Part shown: positions 21,823 through 35,300 of the stretch, one piece after another | Position numbering within the stretch: position 1 is the stretch's first letter | How the letters are laid out: the number at the start of each line of letters is the position of its first letter | Assembly: GCA_964016885.1 (NCBI GenBank) | Contig: OZ024740.1 | Span: 251,100,001 to 251,164,000 of the forward strand | Source of the DNA: Eledone cirrhosa | Lineage: Eukaryota | DNA length: 64,000 nucleotides | Reading direction: 5' to 3' | Translations under genes and position numbers: made by a program | The notes under the pieces: model-generated | What the model was told of the DNA's origin: nothing | Database searches by the model: none | What the model saw: only the letters and a program-made list of their open reading frames with translations

Positions 21823-24800
21823 TGATTATTTTAGGTTTTTCGAAAAATAGAATATTTTAGGTTTTTGATCAAAAAAATCAATTTTTGAAATATTTCGAAA
21901 AGTAGAAAAAAATTGATTATTTTAGGTTTTTCGAAAAATAGAATATTTTAGGTTTTTGATCAAAAAAATCAATTTTTTAAATATTTCGAAAAGTAGAAAA
22001 AAATTGATTATTTTAGGTTTTTCGAAAAATAGAATATTTTAGGTTTTTGATCAAAAAAATCAATTTTTGAAATATTTCGAAAAGTAGAAAAAAATTGATT
22101 ATTTTAGGTTTTTCGAAAAATAGAATATTTTAGGTTTTTGATCAAAAAAATCAATTTTTGAAATATTTCGAAAAGTAGAAAAAAATTGATTATTTTAGGT
22201 TTTTCGAAAAATTTCGAAAAGTAGAAAAAAATTGATTATTTTAGGTTTTTCGAAAAATAGAATATTTTAGGTTTTTGATCAAAAAAATCAATTTTTTAAA
22301 TATTTCGAAAAGTAGAAAAAAATTGATTATTTTAGGTTTTTCAAAAAATTTCGAAAAGTAGAAAAAAATTGATTATTTTAGGTTTTTCGAAAAATAGAAT
22401 ATTTTAGGTTTTTGATCAAAAAAATCAATTTTTTAAATATTTCGAAAAGTAGAAAAAATTTGATTATTTTAGGTTTTTCGAAAAATAGAATATTTTAGGT
22501 TTTTGATCAAAAAAATCAATTTTTTAAATATTTCGAAAAGTAGAAAAAAATTGATTATTTTAGGTTTTTCGAAAAATAGAATATTTTAGGTTTTTGATCA
22601 AAAAAATCAATTTTTTAAATATTTCGAAAAGTAGAAAAAATTTGATTATTTTAGGTTTTTCGAAAAATAGAATATTTTAGGTTTTTGATCAAAAAAATCA
22701 ATTTTTTAAATATTTCGAAAAGTAGAAAAAAATTGATTATTTTAGGTTTTTCGAAAAATAGAATATTTTAGGTTTTTGATCAAAAAAATCAATTTTTGAA
22801 ATATTTCGAAAAGTAGAAAAAAATTGATTATTTTAGGTTTTTCGAAAAATTTCGAAAAGTAGAAAAAAATTGATTATTTTAGGTTTTTCGAAAAATAGAA
22901 TATTTTAGGTTTTTGATCAAAAAAATCAATTTTTTAAAGATTTCGAAAAGTAGAAAAAAATTGATTATTTTAGGTTTTTCGAAAAATTTCGAAAAGTAGA
23001 AAAAAATTGATTATTTTAAGTTTTTCGAAAAATAGAATATTTTAGGTTTTTGATCAAAAAAATCAATTTTTGAAATATTTCGAAAAGTAGAAAAAAATTG
23101 ATTATTTTAGGTTTTTCGAAAAATTTCGAAAAGTAGAAAAAAATTGATTATTTTAGGTTTTTCGAAAAATAGAATATTTTAGGTTTTTGATCAAAAAAAT
23201 CAATTTTTTAAATATTTCGAAAAGTAGAAAAAAATTGATTATTTTAGGTTTTTCAAAAAATTTCGAAAAGTAGAAAAAAATTGATTATTTTAGGTTTTTC
23301 GAAAAATAGAATATTTTAGGTTTTTGATCAAAAAAATCAATTTTTTAAATATTTCGAAAAGTAGAAAAAATTTGATTATTTTAGGTTTTTCGAAAAATAG
23401 AATATTTTAGGTTTTTGATCAAAAAAATCAATTTTTTAAAGATTTCGAAAAGTAGAAAAAAATTGATTATTTTAGGTTTTTCGAAAAATAGAATATTTTA
23501 GGTTTTTGATCAAAAAAATCAATTTTTGAAATATTTCGAAAAGTAGAAAAAAATTGATTATTTTAGGTTTTTCGAAAATTTCGAAAAGTAGAAAAAAATT
23601 GATTATTTTAGGTTTTTCGAAAAATAGAATATTTTAGGTTTTTGATCAAAAAAATCAATTTTTTAAATATTTCGAAAAGTAGAAAAAAATTGATTATTTT
23701 AGGTTTTTCGAAAAATAGAATATTTTAGGTTTTTGATCAAAAAAATCAATTTTTTAAATATTTCGAAAAGTAGAAAAAAATTGATTATTTTAGGTTTTTC
23801 GAAAAATTTCGAAAAGTAGAAAAAAATTGATTATTTTACGTTTTTCGAAAAATAGAATATTTTAGGTTTTTGATCAAAAAAATCAATTTTTTAAAGATTT
23901 CGAAAAGTAGAAAAAAATTGATTATTTTAGGTTTTTCGAAAAATTTCGAAAAGTAGAAAAAAATTGATTATTTTACGTTTTTCGAAAAATAGAATATTTT
24001 AGGTTTTTGATCAAAAAAATCAATTTTTTAAAGATTTCGAAAAGTAGAAAAAAATTGATTATTTTAGGTTTTTCGAAAAATTTCGAAAAGTAGAAAAAAA
24101 TTGATTATTTTACGTTTTTCGAAAAATAGAATATTTTAGGTTTTTGATCAAAAAAATCAATTTTTGAAATATTTCGAAAAGTAGAAAAAAATTGATTATT
24201 TTAGGTTTTTCGAAAAATTTCGAAAAGTAGAAAAAAATTGATTATTTTAGGTTTTTCGAAAAATAGAATATTTTAGGTTTTTGATCAAAAAAATCAATTT
24301 TTGAAATATTTCGAAAAGTAGAAAAAAATTGATTATTTTAGGTTTTTCAAAAAATTTCGAAAAGTAGAAAAAAATTGATTATTTTAGGTTTTTCGAAAAA
24401 TAGAATATTTTAGGTTTTTGATCAAAAAAATCAATTTTTGAAATATTTCGAAAAGTAGAAAAAATTTGATTATTTTAGGTTTTTCGAAAAATAGAATATT
24501 TTAGGTTTTTGATCAAAAAAATCAATTTTTGAAATATTTCGAAAAGTAGAAAAAAATTGATTATTTTAGGTTTTTCGAAAAATAGAATATTTTAGGTTTT
24601 TGATCAAAAAAATCAATTTTTTAAGGATTTCGAAAAGTAGAAAAAAATTGATTATTTTAGGTTTCTCGAAGAATTTCGAAAAGTAGAAAAAAATTGATTA
24701 TTTTAAGTTTTTCGAAAAATAGAATATTTTAGGTTTTTGATCAAAAAAATCAATTTTTGAAATATTTCGAAAAGTAGAAAAAAATTGATTATTTTAGGTT

Positions 24801-27800
24801 TTTCGAAAAATAGAATATTTTAGGTTTTTGATCAAAAAAATCAATTTTTTAAATATTTCGAAAAGTAGAAAAAAATTGATTATTTTAGGTTTTTCGAAAA
24901 ATAGAATATTTTAGGTTTTTGATCAAAAAAATCAATTTTTGAAATATTTCGAAAAGTAGAAAAAAATTGATTATTTTAGGTTTTTCGAAAAATAGAATAT
25001 TTTAGGTTTTTGATCAAAAAAATCAATTTTTGAAATATTTCGAAAAGTAGAAAAAAATTGATTATTTTAGGTTTTTCGAAAAATTTCGAAAAGTAGAAAA
25101 AAATTGATTATTTTAGGTTTTTCGAAAAATAGAATATTTTAGGTTTTTGATCAAAAAAATCAATTTTTTAAATATTTCGAAAAGTAGAAAAAAATTGATT
25201 ATTTTAGGTTTTTCAAAAAATTTCGAAAAGTAGAAAAAAATTGATTATTTTAGGTTTTTCGAAAAATAGAATATTTTAGGTTTTTGATCAAAAAAATCAA
25301 TTTTTTAAATATTTCGAAAAGTAGAAAAAATTTGATTATTTTAGGTTTTTCGAAAAATAGAATATTTTAGGTTTTTGATCAAAAAAATCAATTTTTTAAA
25401 TATTTCGAAAAGTAGAAAAAAATTGATTATTTTAGGTTTTTCGAAAAATAGAATATTTTAGGTTTTTGATCAAAAAAATCAATTTTTTAAATATTTCGAA
25501 AAGTAGAAAAAATTTGATTATTTTAGGTTTTTCGAAAAATAGAATATTTTAGGTTTTTGATCAAAAAAATCAATTTTTTAAAGATTTCGAAAAGTAGAAA
25601 AAAATTGATTATTTTAGGTTTTTCGAAAAATAGAATATTTTAGGTTTTTGATCAAAAAAATCAATTTTTGAAATATTTCGAAAAGTAGAAAAAAATTGAT
25701 TATTTTAGGTTTTTCGAAAAATTTCGAAAAGTAGAAAAAAATTGATTATTTTAGGTTTTTCGAAAAATAGAATATTTTAGGTTTTTGATCAAAAAAATCA
25801 ATTTTTTAAAGATTTCGAAAAGTAGAAAAAAATTGATTATTTTAGGTTTTTCGAAAAATTTCGAAAAGTAGAAAAAAATTGATTATTTTAAGTTTTTCGA
25901 AAAATAGAATATTTTAGGTTTTTGATCAAAAAAATCAATTTTTGAAATATTTCGAAAAGTAGAAAAAAATTGATTATTTTAGGTTTTTCGAAAAATTTCG
26001 AAAAGTAGAAAAAAATTGATTATTTTAGGTTTTTCGAAAAATAGAATATTTTAGGTTTTTGATCAAAAAAATCAATTTTTTAAATATTTCGAAAAGTAGA
26101 AAAAAATTGATTATTTTAGGTTTTTCAAAAAATTTCGAAAAGTAGAAAAAAATTGATTATTTTAGGTTTTTCGAAAAATAGAATATTTTAGGTTTTTGAT
26201 CAAAAAAATCAATTTTTTAAATATTTCGAAAAGTAGAAAAAATTTGATTATTTTAGGTTTTTCGAAAAATAGAATATTTTAGGTTTTTGATGAAAAAAAT
26301 CAATTTTTTAAAGATTTCGAAAAGTAGAAAAAAATTGATTATTTTAGGTTTTTCGAAAAATAGAATATTTTAGGTTTTTGATCAAAAAAATCAATTTTTG
26401 AAATATTTCGAAAAGTAGAAAAAAATTGATTATTTTAGGTTTTTCGAAAATTTCGAAAAGTAGAAAAAAATTGATTATTTTAGGTTTTTCGAAAAATAGA
26501 ATATTTTAGGTTTTTGATCAAAAAAATCAATTTTTTAAATATTTCGAAAAGTAGAAAAAAATTGATTATTTTAGGTTTTTCGAAAAATAGAATATTTTAG
26601 GTTTTTGATCAAAAAAATCAATTTTTTAAATATTTCGAAAAGTAGAAAAAAATTGATTATTTTAGGTTTTTCGAAAAATTTCGAAAAGTAGAAAAAAATT
26701 GATTATTTTACGTTTTTCGAAAAATAGAATATTTTAGGTTTTTGATCAAAAAAATCAATTTTTTAAAGATTTCGAAAAGTAGAAAAAAATTGATTATTTT
26801 AGGTTTTTCGAAAAATTTCGAAAAGTAGAAAAAAATTGATTATTTTACGTTTTTCGAAAAATAGAATATTTTAGGTTTTTGATCAAAAAAATCAATTTTT
26901 GAAATATTTCGAAAAGTAGAAAAAAATTGATTATTTTAGGTTTTTCGAAAAATTTCGAAAAGTAGAAAAAAATTGATTATTTTAGGTTTTTCGAAAAATA
27001 GAATATTTTAGGTTTTTGATCAAAAAAATCAATTTTTGAAATATTTCGAAAAGTAGAAAAAAATTGATTATTTTAGGTTTTTCAAAAAATTTCGAAAAGT
27101 AGAAAAAAATTGATTATTTTAGGTTTTTCGAAAAATAGAATATTTTAGGTTTTTGATCAAAAAAATCAATTTTTGAAATATTTCGAAAAGTAGAAAAAAA
27201 TTGATTATTTTAGGTTTTTCGAAAAATTTCGAAAAGTAGAAAAAGATTGATTATTTTAGGTTTTTCGAAAAATAGAATATTTTAGGTTTTTGATCAAAAA
27301 AATCAATTTTTTAAATATTTCGAAAAGTAGAAAAAATTTGATTATTTTAGGTTTTTCGAAAAATAGAATATTTTAGGTTTTTGATCAAAAAAATCAATTT
27401 TTGAAATATTTCGAAAAGTAGAAAAAAATTGATTATTTTAGGTTTTTCGAAAAATAGAATATTTTAGGTTTTTGATCAAAAAAATCAATTTTTGAAATAT
27501 TTCGAAAAGTAGAAAAAAATTGATTATTTTAGGTTTTTCGAAAAATAGAATATTTTAGGTTTTTGATCAAAAAAATCAATTTTTTAAATATTTCGAAAAG
27601 TAGAAAAAATTTGATTATTTTAGGTTTTTCGAAAAATAGAATATTTTAGGTTTTTGATCAAAAAAATCAATTTTTTAAATATTTCGAAAAGTAGAAAAAA
27701 ATTGATTATTTTAGGTTTTTCGAAAAATAGAATATTTTAGGTTTTTGATCAAAAAAATCAATTTTTTAAAGATTTCGAAAAGTAGAAAAAAATTGATTAT

Positions 27801-30800
27801 TTTAGGTTTTTCGAAAAATTTCGAAAAGTAGAAAAAAATTGATTATTTTAGGTTTTTCGAAAAATAGAATATTTTAGGTTTTTGATCAAAAAAATCAATT
27901 TTTGAAATATTTCGAAAAGTAGAAAAAAATTGATTATTTTAGGTTTTTCGAAATATTTCGAAAAGTAGAAAAAAATTGATTATTTTAGGTTTTTCGAAAA
28001 ATAGAATATTTTAGGTTTTTGATCAAAAAAATCAATTTTTGAAATATTTCGAAAAGTAGAAAAAAATTGATTATTTTAGGTTTTTCGAAAAATTTCGAAA
28101 AATAGAAAAAAATTGATTATTTTAGGTTTTTCGAAAAATAGAATATTTTAGGTTTTTGATCAAAAAAATCAATTTTTGAAATATTTCGAAAAGTAGAAAA
28201 AAATTGATTATTTTAGGTTTTTCGAAAAATAGAATATTTTAGGTTTTTGATCAAAAAAATCAATTTTTGAAATATTTCGAGAAAAAAATTGATTATTTTA
28301 GGTTTTTCGAAAAATTTCGAAAAGTAGAAAAAAATTGATTATTTTAGGTTTTTCGAAAAATAGAATATTTTAGGTTTTTGATCAAAAAAATCAATTTTTG
28401 AAATATTTCGAAAAGTAGAAAAAAATTGATTATTTTAGGTTTTTCGAAAAATTTCGAAAAGTAGAAAAAAATTGATTATTTTAGGTTTTTCGAAAAATAG
28501 AATATTTTAGGTTTTTGATCAAAAAAATCAATTTTTGAAATATTTCGAAAAGTAGAAAAAAATTGATTATTTTAGGTTTTTCGAAAAATAGAATATTTTA
28601 GGTTTTTGATCAAAAAAATCAATTTTTGAAATATTTCGAAAAGTAGAAAAAAATTGATTATTTTAGGTTTTTCGAAAAATAGAATATTTTAGGTTTTTGA
28701 TCAAAAAAATCAATTTTTTAAATATTTCGAAAAGTAGAAAAAAATTGATTATTTTAGGTTTTTCGAAAAATTGAATGTTTTAGGTTTTTGATCAAAAAAA
28801 TCAATTTTTTAAATATTTCGAAAAGTAGAAAAAAATTGATTATTTTAGGTTTTTCGAAAAATTGAATATTTTAGGTTTTTGATCAAAAAAATCAATTTTT
28901 TAAAAATTTCGAAAAGTAGAAAAAAATTGATTATTTTAGGTTTTTTGAAAGATTTCGAAAAGTAGAAAAAAATTGATTATTTTAGGTTTTTCGAAAAATA
29001 GAATATTTTAGGTTTTTGATCAAAAAAATCAATTTTTGAAATATTTCGAAAAGTAGAAAAAAATTGATTATTTTAGGTTTTTCGAAAAATAGAATATTTT
29101 AGGTTTTTGATCAAAAAAATCAATTTTTGAAATATTTCGAAAAGTAGAAAAAAATTGATTATTTTAGGTTTTTCGAAAAATAGAATATTTTAGGTTTTTG
29201 ATCAAAAAAATCAATTTTTTAAATATTTCGAAAAGTAGAAAAAAATTGATTATTTTAGGTTTTTCGAAAAATTGAATGTTTTAGGTTTTTGATCAAAAAA
29301 ATCAATTTTTTAAATATTTCGAAAAGTAGAAAAAAATTGATTATTTTAGGTTTTTCGAAAAATTGAATATTTTAGGTTTTTGATCAAAAAAATCAATTTT
29401 TTAAAAATTTCGAAAAGTAGAAAAAAATTGATTATTTTAGGTTTTTTGAAAGATTTCGAAAAGTAGAAAAAAATTGATTATTTTAGGTTTTTCGAAAAAT
29501 AGAATATTTTAGGTTTTTGATCAAAAAAATCAATTTTTGAAATATTTCGAAAAGTAGAAAAAAATTGATTATTTTAGGTTTTTCGAAAAATAGAATATTT
29601 TAGGTTTTTGATCAAAAAAATCAATTTTTTAAATATTTCGAAAAGTAGAAAAAATTTGATTATTTTAGGTTTTTCGAAAAATAGAATATTTTAGGTTTTT
29701 GATCAAAAAAATCAATTTTTTAAATATTTCGAAAAGTAGAAAAAAATTGATTATTTTAGGTTTTTCGAAAAATAGAATATTTTAGGTTTTTGATCAAAAA
29801 AATCAATTTTTTAAAGATTTCGAAAAGTAGAAAAAAATTGATTATTTTAGGTTTTTCGAAAAATTTCGAAAAGTAGAAAAAAATTGATTATTTTAGGTTT
29901 TTCGAAAAATAGAATATTTTAGGTTTTTGATCAAAAAAATCAATTTTTGAAATATTTCGAAAAGTAGAAAAAAATTGATTATTTTAGGTTTTTCGAAATA
30001 TTTCGAAAAGTAGAAAAAAATTGATTATTTTAGGTTTTTCGAAAAATAGAATATTTTAGGTTTTTGATCAAAAAAATCAATTTTTGAAATATTTCGAAAA
30101 GTAGAAAAAAATTGATTATTTTAGGTTTTTCGAAAAATTTCGAAAAATAGAAAAAAATTGATTATTTTAGGTTTTTCGAAAAATAGAATATTTTAGGTTT
30201 TTGATCAAAAAAATCAATTTTTGAAATATTTCGAAAAGTAGAAAAAAATTGATTATTTTAGGTTTTTCGAAAAATAGAATATTTTAGGTTTTTGATCAAA
30301 AAAATCAATTTTTGAAATATTTCGAGAAAAAAATTGATTATTTTAGGTTTTTCGAAAAATTTCGAAAAGTAGAAAAAAATTGATTATTTTAGGTTTTTCG
30401 AAAAATAGAATATTTTAGGTTTTTGATCAAAAAAATCAATTTTTGAAATATTTAGAAAAGTAGAAAAAAATTGATTATTTTAGGTTTTTCGAAAAATTTC
30501 GAAAAGTAGAAAAAGATTGATTATTTTAGGTTTTTCGAAAAATAGAATATTTTAGGTTTTTGATCAAAAAAATCAATTTTTTAAATATTTCGAAAAGTAG
30601 AAAAAAATTGATTATTTTAGGTTTTTCGAAAAATTTCGAAAAGTAGAAAAAGATTGATTATTTTAGGTTTTTCGAAAGATTTCGAAAAGTAGAAAAAAAT
30701 TGATTATTTTAGGTTTTTCGAAAAATAGAATATTTTAGGTTTTTGATCAAAAAAATCAATTTTTTAAATATTTCGAAAAGTAGAAAAAAATTGATTATTT

Positions 30801-30928
30801 TAGGTTTTTCGAAAAATAAAATATTTTAGGTTTTTGATCAAAAAAATCAATTTTTTAAATATTTCGAAAAGTAGAAAAAAATTGATTATTTTAGGTTTTT
30901 CGAAAAATAGAATATTTTAGGTTTTTGA

Positions 30929-32378
30929 TCAAAAACCTAAAATATTCTATTTTTTGAAAAACCTAAAATAATCAATTTTTTTCTACTTTTCGAAATATTT
31001 CAAAAATTGATTTTTTTGATCAAAAACCTAAAATATTTTATTTTTCGAAAAACCTAAAATAATCAATTTTTTTCTACTTTTCGAAATATTTCGAAAAACC
31101 TAAAATAATCAATTTTTTTCTACTTTTCGAAATATTTAAAAAATTGATTTTTTTGATCAAAAACCTAAAATATTCTATTTTTCAAAAAACCTAAAATAAT
31201 CAATTTTTTTCTACTTTTCGAAATATTTAAAAAATTGATTTTTTTGATCAAAAACCTAAAATATTCTATTTTTCAAAAAACCTAAAATAATCAATTTTTT
31301 TCTACTTTTCGAAATATTTCGAAAAACCTAAAATAATCAATTTTTTTCTACTTTTCGAAATATTTAAAAAATTGATTTTTTTGATCAAAAACCTAGTATA
31401 TTTATACTATTTTTAGAAAAACCTAAAATAATCAATTTTTTTCTACTTTTCGAAATATTTCAAAAATTGATTTTTTTGATCAAAAACCTAAAATATTCTA
31501 TTTTTCGAAAAACCTAAAATAATCAATTTTTTTCTACTTTTAGAAATATTTCAAAAATTGATTTTTTTGATCAAAAACCTAAAATATTCTATTTATCAAA
31601 AAACCTAAAATAATCAATTTTTTTCTACTTTTCGAAATATTTCGAAAAACCTAAAATAATCAATTTTTTTCTACTTTTCGAAATCTTTAAAAAATTGATT
31701 TTTTTGATCAAAAACCTAAAATATTCTATTTTTCGAAAAACCTAAAATAATCAATTTTTTTCTACTTTTCGAAATATTTAAAAAATTGATTTTTTTGATC
31801 AAAAACCTAAAATATTCTATTTTTCGAAAAACCTAAAATAATCAATTTTTTTCTACTTTTCGAAATATTTCGAAAAACCTAAAATAATCAATTTTTTTCT
31901 ACTTTTCGAAATATTTAAAAAATTGATTTTTTTGATCAAAAACCTAAAATATACTATTTTTAGAAAAACCTAAAATAATCAATTTTTTTCTACTTTTCGA
32001 AATATTTCAAAAATTGATTTTTTTGATCAAAAACCTAAAATATTCTATTTTTTGAAAAACCTAAAATAATCAATTTTTTTCTACTTTTAGAAATATTTAA
32101 AAAATTGATTTTTTTGATCAAAAACCTAAAATATTTTATTTTTCGAAAAACCTAAAATAATCAATTTTTTTCTACTTTTCGAAATATTTCGAAAAACCTA
32201 AAATAATCAATTTTTTTCTACTTTTCGAAATATTTAAAAAATTGATTTTTTTGATCAAAAACCTAAAATATTCTATTTTTCGAAAAACCTAAAATAATGT
32301 TTTTTTCTACTTTTCGAAATATTTCGAAAAACCTAAAATAATCAATTTTTTTCTACTTTTCGAAATATTTAAAAAAAT
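30929..32378 (-). repeat. Inverted satellite cassette, copy 3
   Basis: Same junctions and markers at +10556 from copy 2 (cctagt at 31392). Confidence 0.97.
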
Positions 32379-35300
32379 TGATTATTTTAGGTTTTTCGAA
32401 AAATAGAATATTTTAGGTTTTTGATCAAAAAAATCAATTTTTGAAATATTTCGAAAAGTAGAAAAAAATTGATTATTTTAGGTTTTTCGAAAAATAGAAT
32501 ATTTTAGGTTTTTGATCAAAAAAATCAATTTTTTAAATATTTCGAAAAGTAGAAAAAAATTGATTATTTTAGGTTTTTCGAAAAATAGAATATTTTAGGT
32601 TTTTGATCAAAAAAATCAATTTTTGAAATATTTCGAAAAGTAGAAAAAAATTGATTATTTTAGGTTTTTCGAAAAATAGAATATTTTAGGTTTTTGATCA
32701 AAAAAATCAATTTTTGAAATATTTCGAAAAGTAGAAAAAAATTGATTATTTTAGGTTTTTCGAAAAATTTCGAAAAGTAGAAAAAAATTGATTATTTTAG
32801 GTTTTTCGAAAAATAGAATATTTTAGGTTTTTGATCAAAAAAATCAATTTTTTAAATATTTCGAAAAGTAGAAAAAAATTGATTATTTTAGGTTTTTCAA
32901 AAAATTTCGAAAAGTAGAAAAAAATTGATTATTTTAGGTTTTTCGAAAAATAGAATATTTTAGGTTTTTGATCAAAAAAATCAATTTTTTAAATATTTCG
33001 AAAAGTAGAAAAAATTTGATTATTTTAGGTTTTTCGAAAAATAGAATATTTTAGGTTTTTGATCAAAAAAATCAATTTTTTAAATATTTCGAAAAGTAGA
33101 AAAAAATTGATTATTTTAGGTTTTTCGAAAAATAGAATATTTTAGGTTTTTGATCAAAAAAATCAATTTTTTAAATATTTCGAAAAGTAGAAAAAATTTG
33201 ATTATTTTAGGTTTTTCGAAAAATAGAATATTTTAGGTTTTTGATCAAAAAAATCAATTTTTTAAATATTTCGAAAAGTAGAAAAAAATTGATTATTTTA
33301 GGTTTTTCGAAAAATAGAATATTTTAGGTTTTTGATCAAAAAAATCAATTTTTGAAATATTTCGAAAAGTAGAAAAAAATTGATTATTTTAGGTTTTTCG
33401 AAAAATTTCGAAAAGTAGAAAAAAATTGATTATTTTAGGTTTTTCGAAAAATAGAATATTTTAGGTTTTTGATCAAAAAAATCAATTTTTTAAAGATTTC
33501 GAAAAGTAGAAAAAAATTGATTATTTTAGGTTTTTCGAAAAATTTCGAAAAGTAGAAAAAAATTGATTATTTTAAGTTTTTCGAAAAATAGAATATTTTA
33601 GGTTTTTGATCAAAAAAATCAATTTTTGAAATATTTCGAAAAGTAGAAAAAAATTGATTATTTTAGGTTTTTCGAAAAATTTCGAAAAGTAGAAAAAAAT
33701 TGATTATTTTAGGTTTTTCGAAAAATAGAATATTTTAGGTTTTTGATCAAAAAAATCAATTTTTTAAATATTTCGAAAAGTAGAAAAAAATTGATTATTT
33801 TAGGTTTTTCAAAAAATTTCGAAAAGTAGAAAAAAATTGATTATTTTAGGTTTTTCGAAAAATAGAATATTTTAGGTTTTTGATCAAAAAAATCAATTTT
33901 TTAAATATTTCGAAAAGTAGAAAAAATTTGATTATTTTAGGTTTTTCGAAAAATAGAATATTTTAGGTTTTTGATCAAAAAAATCAATTTTTTAAAGATT
34001 TCGAAAAGTAGAAAAAAATTGATTATTTTAGGTTTTTCGAAAAATAGAATATTTTAGGTTTTTGATCAAAAAAATCAATTTTTGAAATATTTCGAAAAGT
34101 AGAAAAAAATTGATTATTTTAGGTTTTTCGAAAATTTCGAAAAGTAGAAAAAAATTGATTATTTTAGGTTTTTCGAAAAATAGAATATTTTAGGTTTTTG
34201 ATCAAAAAAATCAATTTTTTAAATATTTCGAAAAGTAGAAAAAAATTGATTATTTTAGGTTTTTCGAAAAATAGAATATTTTAGGTTTTTGATCAAAAAA
34301 ATCAATTTTTTAAATATTTCGAAAAGTAGAAAAAAATTGATTATTTTAGGTTTTTCGAAAAATTTCGAAAAGTAGAAAAAAATTGATTATTTTACGTTTT
34401 TCGAAAAATAGAATATTTTAGGTTTTTGATCAAAAAAATCAATTTTTTAAAGATTTCGAAAAGTAGAAAAAAATTGATTATTTTAGGTTTTTCGAAAAAT
34501 TTCGAAAAGTAGAAAAAAATTGATTATTTTACGTTTTTCGAAAAATAGAATATTTTAGGTTTTTGATCAAAAAAATCAATTTTTTAAAGATTTCGAAAAG
34601 TAGAAAAAAATTGATTATTTTAGGTTTTTCGAAAAATTTCGAAAAGTAGAAAAAAATTGATTATTTTACGTTTTTCGAAAAATAGAATATTTTAGGTTTT
34701 TGATCAAAAAAATCAATTTTTGAAATATTTCGAAAAGTAGAAAAAAATTGATTATTTTAGGTTTTTCGAAAAATTTCGAAAAGTAGAAAAAAATTGATTA
34801 TTTTAGGTTTTTCGAAAAATAGAATATTTTAGGTTTTTGATCAAAAAAATCAATTTTTGAAATATTTCGAAAAGTAGAAAAAAATTGATTATTTTAGGTT
34901 TTTCAAAAAATTTCGAAAAGTAGAAAAAAATTGATTATTTTAGGTTTTTCGAAAAATAGAATATTTTAGGTTTTTGATCAAAAAAATCAATTTTTGAAAT
35001 ATTTCGAAAAGTAGAAAAAATTTGATTATTTTAGGTTTTTCGAAAAATAGAATATTTTAGGTTTTTGATCAAAAAAATCAATTTTTGAAATATTTCGAAA
35101 AGTAGAAAAAAATTGATTATTTTAGGTTTTTCGAAAAATAGAATATTTTAGGTTTTTGATCAAAAAAATCAATTTTTTAAGGATTTCGAAAAGTAGAAAA
35201 AAATTGATTATTTTAGGTTTCTCGAAGAATTTCGAAAAGTAGAAAAAAATTGATTATTTTAAGTTTTTCGAAAAATAGAATATTTTAGGTTTTTGATCAA